NCBI GenBank assembly: GCA_002269645.1
Contig: NIVC01003562.1
Coordinates: 1-64,000, forward strand
DNA length: 64,000 nucleotides
DNA from: Macrostomum lignano
Lineage: Eukaryota
Direction of reading: 5' to 3'
The notes beneath the pieces are model-generated. The model ran no database searches and was not told the DNA's origin. It saw only the letters and a list, made by a program, of their open reading frames with translations. The translations under genes were made by a program, and so were the position numbers. Below are positions 27,640-38,700 of this stretch, piece after piece (the first letter of the stretch is position 1; the number at the start of each line of letters is the position of its first letter).

Positions 27640-28944
27640 TATTAGTCGCTTATCTTTTCACGTTCTGTCAACCGTCCAGATAGAAGCTGTTTAGACAGTA
27701 GACTGTAGACAGTCTGTTCTATAGCTAGGAAGCTAGACAGGCCTACTTTATCTTAAACATTAGCACTAAGTGATTAACCGTAAATCAAAAAATACAATCT
27801 TAAAATTTGACTAGTCCAAACAGGAAATATTAGATACAATGACAAAATTAAAGTGGTGAATATAACTGGAACAAGACCAAGAGTAGCATGGACACGATGG
27901 AAGGTTGTTCTGTGAGGTGTAACTATGGAAATAGATAATTTTTTTATGTTTGTCGATTGTGAAATTAAATTTGATAGTTCACTAAACGAAGTATAATAAA
28001 TGAATCACACTTGCTACGTTAATCTTTAAAATTAAGGTAAATGAGTTTTTTTATGTTGTGTAATAATATTTTTTTGTTTCTTATAGAGTAACTTATTTCA
28101 GGTAACATGAGTTGATGCTCATTTTAACTTCATGGCGATAAATAATTTAAGCACAGTTTTGCATGTGGCATTCGTCAATTGTCGATAACATTATTCAGTT
28201 GTAAGCCTGATTTTTTATTTTTATCTTTTGATTAGGATTGCTTTAAGCATTATTCAATGTCACAAGGCAAGGCAAGTCCAAGAGGCTCTAAATCTGAGTA
28301 TGATTCGTCATCTCAGTAAGTTTTTTCTTTTATTGTTTGTCATTGTTTTTGTTAGTCTTAGTCCTATGGCATGTGTGACAGTATCATCAGCAGAAAATAA
28401 TCCATGGCAGTGCTTATATCAGAACTCGTTATATAAACTTTAATATGTAGGACCAGCCTGAAGTCTCAATTTAAAACCTTCTATACTAATTATTGGTCAT
28501 TTTAGCATTTGGCTCATTTTAGTTTAGTACTATCTTGCATGTATAAAAGCTCTTAGTAAGACGTAGCTACATAGATCTAAAGATCTAAAATAGTAAACTG
28601 AGTTCTGATACGTGTAGAAAATGCATTGATAAAAATTTTATTTAGGTCTACTGAATCATCATTTCGTTGCAAAGTTGAGATTTTTTAAGCTTAGCAAAAT
28701 TTCAAATTGAATATTTTTGGTGGACTGACTGTCTTACTGTCTATTTTGCTGTGAGCTTACACTGGTGAAAATCAAACTAAGGGCTATGGTCTTTTTGTAA
28801 CATTTTAAAAAGAATCCATAAACTATGCAGTACTGTAAATTTATTTTGATTTTATTAGTTTAAGATATTTTAAGAGGCCTGACTACTAAAGTTAAACTTA
28901 AAAGGCGAATTTTATTAAATGCGATTTTTTAAACTTTTGTTCAG

Positions 28945-30832
28945 ACACTCCTCCTATGGCGACTCGCTGTCCTACACGTACAGCACGTACGGTTCGGGCT
29001 CCGAACCCGACTACATCATGCTTGAGATTCGAATCAAACAGCAGGCGGATGACATTGTGCTGCTACAGAAGCTGAACCGCAGACTGAGGGAGGACTTGGA
29101 GCTGGAGAGGTCTCAAGGGATGCAGAGGTTGAAGAAGCTGGACGCTGCCGCTAAGGCTGGTGAGTCTCACAACAATAAATGATTTGGCATTGGCATGACT
29201 CATATGTTTTATGAGTAGTTTAGTGTGACTTTGCATGACTCGCATCTACTGTTTGTCGCTGGCATCGAGGAATCGAACCCGGGACTTTGTGTACTTTATT
29301 TATCATTTTCAGCCGAAAAGCGAATCCAAGAACTGTCCGTCGAACTGGCCCGATCACGTGACGTTGTAAAACACTACCAAGAGCTGCAGGAGGCTCAGGA
29401 GAATGAAATGCTCGAATGGGCGGCCACCAAGGAGGCTCAAGATGATCGAAAACGAATCGAAGCCCAGATCCAGCAGCTGGAGTCCGACATCGCCCAGGGT
29501 AAAGAGGAGATGAAGAATGGAAATTACGAGAGCACGCAGCAGAGAGCGGCGATTAGGAAAGCTCAGGAGGAAAAGTGCATCGCTCAGGTGAGGTCATAAA
29601 TCAATAAATTACATGTACCCTGCACGTAGTGACCTTAAATTAGTTTTGTGGTGGCTGATTTTCATCTGACACCCCAAATTGACGCCCATCTGACACGCCA
29701 AATGAAAGGCTGTCTGATACCTTTATCTGACTACCCCTGACATCCAAGGTTAGCAACCATCTGACACAAAAAATGACGATCATCTGACACCCCAAATTGA
29801 AGACCATCTGACAACCCAAATTGATGACCAACTGAAACCTTTAGCTGACTAGCCCTGACAACCCAAGTTAGCGACCATCTGACACCGCAAATTGATGACC
29901 AACTGACACCCCAAATTGGCGACCATCTGACACCCCAAATTGATGACCAACTGACACCCCAAATCGACAACCATCTGAAACCCCATATTGGCGACCATCT
30001 GACACCCCAAATTGATGACCAACTGACACCCCAAATTGACGACCATCTGACACCCCAACTTCGTTGTCATTCCAGCGACTACTCGAAGCCAGCGAAAAAG
30101 AGCGCCACGACCTCGAGAAGAAGCTGGCCGAACTCGAACGATTGAACCGGCGGCAGGAGAAAGCACTGGAAGGCGCCGCGCAGGGTTGGATTAAGAAAAA
30201 TCACGAGATGGAAGTTCTGTGCGAGGATCTCAGATGGAGAATGGTTCGTGCCTCGGCAGCGTTGGGAATCCGCCCCTCTATCCTGACACCCACCGGGAAT
30301 CCGCCCCTCTCCATCCCTGACACCCACCGGGAATCCGCCCCTCTCCGTCCCTGACACCCACCTGGAATCCGCCCCTCTCCGTCCCTGACACCCACCGGAA
30401 TCCGCCCCTCTCCATCCCTGACACCCACCGGAAATCCGCCCCTCTACATCCCTGACACCCACCGGGAATCCGCCCCTCTATCTCCGACACCCACCGGGAA
30501 TCTGCCCTTTCCGCTTTTCATAGAATGGGGGAGTAACTGCATGGAAATCCTGTCTCCAACCGTGGAAACCGCAGGTGGACTCTAAAAGCGGCATTGTGCT
30601 CGGCAGTCACGGCGCAAAACGCGGCGCTGATTCAAAATCTGCCGCAGGAAAATCTGCGCAGGCAACAAAGCCGGACAGACGGCCAAAGACCTCAGCATCC
30701 TCAGCGGCATCTTCCACAGCTTCAACCAATAAGAAGACAGGCTCAGCAAGTCGCAGCAACGATCACGCCAACAATGCTACTGCTACTACTAATAGTAATA
30801 AAAATAGCGGCGTAGTAAGCAAAACTAAATAA
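28945..30832 (+). CDS. Uncharacterised coiled-coil protein with a Ser/Ala/Lys-rich tail; exons 28945-29159, 29313-29587, 30076-30243, 30575-30832; 5' exon(s) uncertain (candidates 27888-27916 and 28087-28101)
   Basis: All four exons join in frame at GT-AG sites (phases 1, 0, 0). The sequence is heptad-like E/K/Q/R/L-rich (RIQELSVELARSRD; LEKKLAELERLNRRQEKALE). No family recognised. Confidence 0.8.
29660..30057. repeat. Minisatellite (ccatctgacaccccaaattgatga-like) in intron of the coiled-coil gene
   Basis: Tandem ctgacaccccaaatt cores. Confidence 0.85.
30265..30500. repeat. 34 bp minisatellite (ccctgacacccaccgggaatccgcccctctccat) in last intron of the coiled-coil gene
   Basis: Tandem units; the same family occurs at 31680-32056. 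Confidence 0.9.
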
Positions 30833-31244
30833 AAAAATTCTGCTTAAAAATGATTACTTTTTATTAACAGTAGTATTTGAGTACTGAGAAAGTTTCATTT
30901 TCTTGAACAGACTCAATTAAGTCTGTTGTTGATTAATCAAGGTTGCTAGCGAATTGATGCCTCACCTGACTTATATTGATTTTTTATGGATTTTATTCAA
31001 CAGACAGAAGTTAAAAAAGTGTATTTTTTATTTGATGATGAACTGGATTTTTTGTAGAAATTTTACAGCTCAACTTTATAATTTATTGGTGTAACTTTTT
31101 TGTGTACTTTTAAATATAACTTCTGAGTAATGGGTCTATTTATGATATTTTTGTATTATTTTTTAAATAAAAGGATTTTTTGTTAATGTTTTTTATGTGC
31201 TTTTATTGTGCATCAAAATATTTTCATACAATCACTTCTAAATG

Positions 31245-31490
31245 CATCTGATGTTTCTATCTGATTCCCATCTGATTCCCCATTCCTTATTCGCCATCTG
31301 ATACCCCATCTCTGATTCTCCATCTGAATCCCCATCTCTGATTCCCCATCTCATTCTCCATCTGATTCCACATCTGATTCCACATCTCATTCTCCATCTG
31401 ATTCCACATCTGATTCCACATCTGATTCTCCATCTGTATCCCCATCTGATTCCCCATTTTTGATCCCTATCTGAGTCCCCATCTGAATAC
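31245..31490. repeat. ~12 bp degenerate repeat (ccatctgattcc) between the coiled-coil gene and DECR2
   Basis: Direct inspection. Confidence 0.85.
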
Positions 31491-31539
31491 TTCTGTTGTC
31501 AATTTCAGCCTTGGTTGCTGTGCCAGCAACGATAACACG

Positions 31540-33351
31540 ATGGCTTCCGCAGACTCTGTAGCGTTCATTACTGGCGGTAGCACAGGCATTGGCCTGCGAA
31601 TTGCCGAAAATTTTCTAAGGTTAGTCGAATGAAATTGCTTTATTAGATAATGGATGTTGATAATTGGCCAGGTATTCGCTCTCTATCCATCCCTGACACC
31701 AACCGGGTATCCGGATCTCTCCATCCCTGACACCCACTAGGTATCCGCCCCTCTCCATCCCTGACACCCACCGGGAATCCGCCCTTCTCCATCCCTATCA
31801 CCCACCGGGAATCCGCCCCTCTCCATCCCTATCACCCACCGGGAATCCGCCCCTCTCCATCCCTGACACCCACCGGGAATCCGCCCCTCTCCATCCCTAT
31901 CACCCACCAGGTATCCGCCCCTCTTCATCCCTGACACCCACCGGGAATCCGCCCCTCTCCATCCCTGACACCCACCAGGTATCCGCCCCTCTTCATCCCT
32001 GACACCCACCGGGAATCCGCCCCTCTCCATCCCTGACACCCACCGGGTATCCGCCCCGATTTCAACCTTCAGATCCGGCTCAAAAGTTTTCATTGTCAGT
32101 CGAAAGCCCGAAAATCTTCGAGCAGCCGCAGAGCGCTTAAAATCGCTGGGATTTGAGGAATCGCGGTTTGGCACTGCTAGCGTAGATGTTCGAAAGGTAC
32201 ATATTAACCTGCATAAGCTATGTACTGTACATGAATGTGCATGTATCTTCTCACATTAGCTCGCGCATTGTTTTGTAGTTTCCTGAAATTTCCTCAGCCG
32301 TGCAGTTGTGCCTGGATAAATTCAAACGATTGGACTACCTGGTGAATAGTGAGTTGTGATGGCTGTAGTGCCTGTGCTTGGGAGGCGTACCTGTGCTATA
32401 AACATGGTTATCGAAAAGTACCATATCTACATGTACGACGCAAACTGGGCATGCGCTTAGTACGATGTCAGGTGACTCTAAAATAGAGGTCCTAGAGGTA
32501 ACCGAAATGCATGTATTATGTCTGGTGGCGCCTAAGCCAGGTGTCAGGTAGCGGCTAAGATAGGGTGTCAGATGGCGTCCAAGATAGGGTGTCAGATGGC
32601 GTCTAACATAGGGTGTCAGGTGGCGTCTAACATGATGTCAGGTGGCGTCTAACATGATGTCAGGTGGCGTCAAATAAAGTCTCGGATGGTCCCAACTGAC
32701 ACCCAGGAGCTCATGATAAAAACAGGTGTCAGAAAAATATGACGCTAAATATCGTGTCAGATTCAGGTGTCAAAAGCTAAACAGGCGCTAAGCACTTCAC
32801 TCTCATTTGACTTCGCCTTTCACGCATCCGCAGGCGCCGCCGGAAACTTTATGTGCCCCGCCGCCAACTTGACACCCAACGGGTTCCGAACTGTGATCGA
32901 GATCGACCTGATCGGCACCTTCAACTCCATCAGAGCCGCCTTCGACGCCTGGATGCGGGACCACGGCGGCGTCATCGTGAACATCACGGCGACGCTGCAC
33001 CTCGCCGCCGTACCAGGGCAGGCGCACGCCGGAGCCGCTAAAGCTGGAATCGACGCCCTCACCCGACACCTGGGAGTGGAGTGGTCCTGTCGGGACCGGC
33101 CCGTGCGGGTGGTGGCGGTGGCTCCCGGCCCGGTTGCCGACACGCTCGGCTTTGACAAGCTGGGCGGCGCTACGCTGGATCGACGCTATCTGGTCACCAA
33201 GTCGGAGGTGGCCGACATTGTTGTCAACTTGCTGTGCCGGCGGGACGGCGGCGGGGCCGCTTTTAATGCGCAGACGCTGGTGCTGGACAGGGCGCAGTAC
33301 CTGGCGTTTGCGTACTTCGATGCGGCTTCTTCGGGGTCGCCTAAACTTTGA
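31540..33351 (+). CDS. DECR2: Peroxisomal 2,4-dienoyl-CoA reductase (SDR family), 263 aa; exons 31540-31619, 32073-32196, 32279-32348, 32834-33351
   Basis: AFITGGSTGIG (TGxxxGIG), LDYLVNSAAGNFMCPA, IDLIGTFN, RDHGGVIVNITATL, QAHAGAAKAGIDALTRHLGVEW, C-terminal SPKL. Junction phases are consistent (792 nt). Confidence 0.93.
31680..32056. repeat. 34 bp minisatellite filling DECR2 intron 1
   Basis: Same unit as 30265-30500. Confidence 0.9.
32535..32680. repeat. Short degenerate repeat (agggtgtcagatggcgtctaacat) in DECR2 intron 3
   Basis: Tandem gtgtcagrtggcgtc cores. Confidence 0.75.
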
Positions 33352-33361
33352 CGACTGAACT

Positions 33362-34070
33362 GGTGTCTAGAGGGGTATTGTCGTGTGTCTAGAGGGGTAT
33401 TGTCGTGTGTAGAGGGGTATTGTCGTGTGTCTAGAGGGGTATTGTCGTGTGTAGAGGGGTATTGTCGTGTGTCTAGAGGGGTATTGTCGTGTGTCTAGAG
33501 GGGTACTGTAGTGTGTCTAGCTGGGTATTGCAGTGTCTAGAAGGGTATTGTAGTGTCTAGAGGGGTATTGTAGTGTGTCTAGAGGGGTATTGTCGTGTGT
33601 CTAGGGGGGTATTTAGTGTGTCTAGAGGGGTATTGTAGTGTGTCTAGAGGGGTATTGTAGTGTCTCTAGAGGGGTATTGTAGTGTGTCTAGAGGGGTATT
33701 GTCGTGTGTCTAGAGGGTTATTGTCGTGTGTCTAGAGGGGTATTGTCGTGTGTCTAGAGGGTTATTGTCGTGTGTCTAGAGGGGTATTGTCGTGTGTCTA
33801 GAGGGGTACTGTAGTGTGTCTAGAGGGGTATTGTCGTGTGTCTAGAGGGGTATTGTAGTGTCTCTAGAGGGGTATTGTCGTGTGTCTAGAGGGGTTTTGT
33901 CGTGTGTCTAGAGGGGTTTTGTTGTGTGTCTAGAGGGGTATTTTCGTGTCTCTAGAGGGGTATTGTCGTGTGTCTAGGGGGTATTTAGTGTGTCTAGAGG
34001 GGTATTGTCGTGTGTCTAGAGGGGTATTGTAGTGTGTCTAGAGGGGTATTGTAGTGTATCTAGAGGGTCG
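33362..34070. repeat. 22 bp minisatellite (gtgtctagaggggtattgtcgt) starting about 10 nt after the DECR2 stop
   Basis: Tandem units. Confidence 0.95.
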
Positions 34071-34699
34071 TTCTAGTTGCTATCCTATATAGTACGCACT
34101 AGACACCAGGATACCCCTCCATATCTTAAACATAAAAAGCAATTTATTATTCTACGATACCTTTTACGACTGTTTCATTCAATCATTTTAATAACAATGA
34201 ATCATAAATTTTTCCATTACCAATAGTAATTATGCTAGACAAGTTTTTTAATTGTTTGATTGCGTCATTGATGTGCATCTTCTTAAATTAAACAAAACAA
34301 TCAATTAGCCAATCTTAATTATTGACTTTTTTAATACTTTCAATTTCTAAAAGTTTCAAAATGCAAGTAACAAATTTCCTTAGAAAGGCAATGTGTTTCA
34401 AGTCGGTTGACATTTATTATTTTGCAAGCAATCAGTTTTGCCAAACAGATGAAAAGGCAAATAGATGATGGTCTGATTGATTAGAAAATAGACTCTTAAC
34501 AACAGACACCATTATGCTGCTGACTCGTGCGCATTTAACAATCTGTTGGAGGAAACAATTTTAGATAACACATGATGATGTATAAGGTTAAATAAAAGTT
34601 GTGTAGACAGCAGTGTCACAATAAAAACATTAGAACAGGTTTTCAGCAATCAGGTTAATAGTGTGCGGAGTTTACGGAGTCTGTCTGTTTTATTTTCTG

Positions 34700-35700
34700 T
34701 CTGTCTTATTTTCTATCTCTACCTGTCCATCTACTTGTCTACTACTCGGTCTACCTGTCCATCTACTTGTCTACTAGTCTGTCTACCTGTCCATCTACTT
34801 GTCTACTAGTTTGTCTGCCTGTCCATTTACTTGTCTACTAGTCTGTCTACCTATCTATCTACTTGTCTACTAGTCTGTCTACCTATCTATCTACTTGTCT
34901 ACTAGTCTGTCTACCTGTCCATCTACTTGTCTACTAGTTTGTCTGCCTGTCCATTTACTTGTCTACTAGTCTGTCTACCTATCTATCTACTTGTCTACTA
35001 GTCTGTCTACCTATCTATCTACTTGTCTACTAGTCTGTCTACCTGTCCATCTACTTGTCTACTAGTCTGTCTACCTGTCCATTTACTTGTCTACTAGTCT
35101 GTCTACCTATCTATCTACTTGTCTACTAGTCTGTCTACCTATCTATCTACTTGTCTACTAGTCTGTCTACCTGTCCATCTACTTGTCTACTAGTCTGTCT
35201 ACCTGTCCATTTACTTGTCTACTAGTCTGTCTACCTATCTATCTACTTGTCTACTAGTCTGTCTACCTATCTATCTACTTGTCTACTAGTCTGTCTACCT
35301 GTCCATCTACTTGTCTACTAGTCTGTCTACCTGTCCATCTACTTGTCTACTAGTCTGTCTACCTATCTATCTACTTGTCTACTAGTCTGTCTACCTATCT
35401 ATCTACTTGTATACTACTCGGTCTACCTATCTATCTACTTGTCTACTAGTCTGTCTACCTGTCCATCTACTTGTATACTACTCGGTCTACCTATCTATCT
35501 ACTTGTCTACTAGTCTGTCTACCTATCTATCTACTTGTCTACTAGTCTGTCTACCTGTCCATCTACTTGTATACTACTCGGTCTACCTATCTATCTACTT
35601 GTCTACTAGTCTGTCTACCTGTCCATCTACTTTTCTACTAGTTTTTCTACCTGTTTATCTAATTGTCTGTCTGTCTGTCTGTCTGTCTGTCTACCTGTCC
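34700..35700. repeat. 32 bp minisatellite (ctacttgtctactagtctgtctacctatctat) just 3' of ELAC2
   Basis: Tandem units. Confidence 0.95.
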
Positions 35701-35748
35701 ATCTGGTAGACCTGTTCAAGCGCCTATCCGTCTCCCGGTCCCACCCAG

Positions 35749-38700
35749 TCAGTCTCCCCGCTGCTGCGAGTGCCGCCTCTTGCTAGCACGCCGATTGACG
35801 GCCCGAGCAGCTCCCGAGCTGCCAGCCGCTTCTCCACCATCGCCGCCATCAGTCAGCAGCTGGTCGCCGCCGCCCAGTCGCTCGTGAATCCGATAGGACC
35901 GGCGGCCCAGCTCGGCGAAATGCTTAGGAAATACGTACGGCAACATTCTGGCTAGACGCGGCAGCCGGTCTAGATCGCCGTTAGCCAGAGACACGCACAT
36001 GTGATCGTAGGCGAATCCGCAGCCGCTGGTTGCCTTGCCGTCGATCAGTTTGAGCACGGGCACAGAGCAGGTGTACCGAGTGCTGAAATGCGTCAGAATA
36101 GTCAGACCGGCTCGCATCGCGGCCGCCTGGCTCAGGGCCTGACCAACTGTGCTGTGCTTCTTGGCTCGGGCCTCCGACTCCAGCCCGTCCTGGATATTGG
36201 AATGGGGATTGGAGGTTAGCATCTTCGTTTGATCTGCCTCAGCAAGAGGGATTATAAAATATCTGTCTCTCTGCATCTTCAATCTCTATTTGTCTAATAG
36301 CCAAGATCTCTTCTCTATGAAATCTAATCTCACTACAAATATAATCTCACAGCATATCTAATCTTAATGCATAGCTTATCTCACAGCATATCTAATCTCA
36401 CTGCATATCTAATCTCACTGCATAGCTAATCTCACTGCATGTCTAATCTCACAGCATATCTAATCTCACTGCATGTCCAATCTCACTGCAACCCAATCTT
36501 ACTGCATATCTAATCTTAGTGCAAATCTTATCTAACAGAAAATCTGATGTCTTTGCAATTCTTATCTCACCGCATATCTAATCTCACAGCACATCTAATC
36601 TCACTACAAATGGTATCTCTGCATATCTAATCATTCTCCAATTTTCTATATCTCTAACCTACCGCTATTCTGTTTCTCTGCATCTGCTCACCTGGAAGGT
36701 AGCCTCGTGTATAAGCAAGTCGCAGTCCATGCCGCCCTCAACCAGATTAGCGCAGGGCACGGTGTCCCCGCTGTAAACGATTTTCCAGTCTTTGTGGTCG
36801 GACTTGCCACCGCCGCGAATTGCAAATCCGGCCGCTACTTTTGTGGAATGCTCGACTCGAATTGCCGCCAGCTGCGGTGAGATATGGGGGCAGGGCAACG
36901 CTTCGATTAGAGTTTACTCAGGATTCTTAGAGAGAGGATTAACTCACGATTCTTGGAGTGGATTAACTCACGATTCTTAGAGTGGATTAACTCACGATTC
37001 TTAGAGTGGATTAACTCACGATTCTTAGAGTGGATTAACTCACGATTCTTGGAGTGGATTAACTCACGATACTTGGAGTGGATTAACTCACGATTCTTAG
37101 AGTGGATTAACTCACGATTCTTGGAGTGGATTAACTCACGATTCTTAGAGAGTGGATTAACTCACGATTCTTAGAGTGGATTAACTCACGATTCTTAGAG
37201 AGTGGATCAACTCACGATTCTTGGAGTGGATTAACTCACGATTCTTAGAGTGGATTAACTCACGATTCTTAGAGTGGATTAACTCACGATTCTTAGAGAG
37301 TGGATTAACTCACGATTCTTGGAGTGGATTAACTCACGATTCTTAGAGTGGATTAACTCACGATACTTGGAGTGGATTAACTCACGATTCTTAGAGTGGA
37401 TTAACTCACGATTCTTGGAGTGGATTAATTCACGATTCTTGGAGTGGATTAACTCACGATTCTTAGAGTGTGGATTAACTCACGATTCTTAGAGAGTGGA
37501 TTAACTCACGATTCTTAGAGAGTGGATTAACTCACGATTCTTGGAGTGGATTAACTCACGATTCTTAGAGAGTGGATCAACTCACGATTCTTGGAGTGGA
37601 TTAACTCACGATTCTTGGAGTGGATTAACTCACGATTCTTAGAGTGGATTAACTCACGATTCTTAGAGTGGATTAACTCACGATTCTTAGAGAGTGGATT
37701 AACTCACGATTCTTAGAGAGTGGATTAACTCACGATTCTTGGAGTGGATTAACTCACGATTCTTAGAGTGGATTAACTCACGATTCTTAGAGTGGATTAA
37801 CTCACGATTCTTAGAGAGTGGATTAACTCACGATTCTTAGAGAGTGGATCAACTCACGATTCTTGGAGTGGATTAACTCACGATTCTTGGAGTGGATTAA
37901 CTCACGATTCTTGGAGTGGATTAACTCACGATTCTTAGAGAGTGGATTAACTCACGATTCTCATAGTAGTAGCTGGATCGTTAATCAACAAACCTTGTTT
38001 AATCCCAGCACGTTTTTGACGAATTTCTCGAAACGAGCCCGAGTCTGCGCAGCGACTTCTGCGTGCAGAGTGACGCCCCAAAATGTTTCTAGCCAGAATA
38101 ATCTAGAAAGTTAGAGAAATTATGTTAAATTCCGATACAGATCGTTGCAAAGAAACATTAATAAACAGATTATATCTTAAACAGATGCAGATTATTAATT
38201 TTCGATACATATCGGCAAACAAAGTCGATTTTAAACGACTGGAAATCAAATTTGGGAATATAATAAAGGTTTGTTTAAATCCTTAAAAACTTAATTTCGA
38301 TACATATCGGATGTTTTTTGCGAAAAAAACAATGCCTAATACGTGGACTCACTGGAGATCCTTCGCCTCAGCTACGTCGCTCATTCCATCTTCACCGCTG
38401 TGCTGCGAAAAGAATTCTAACCAGCGATTGAATCCGCGCGGACCAATAAAAGCGCAGGGCGACGGCGATTGGCCAGATTCGGCAAAAGCTCGATGTCGAG
38501 CTTTCAATAGGCAGAATATGCCCTGTGGAGAGGATGAGAGAGGTACATATCAGGTAAATGCCATTTTTGCAGGTATGAGATTTGAGGAGCGGATTATAAG
38601 GGAAGGCGGATTAGAGGGGCCGATTATAATGGGGGAGAGCGGATGATGGGAGAGGCCGGAGTTGAGGAGCGGATTTTAGAGGAAGGGCGGATTATTGAGG

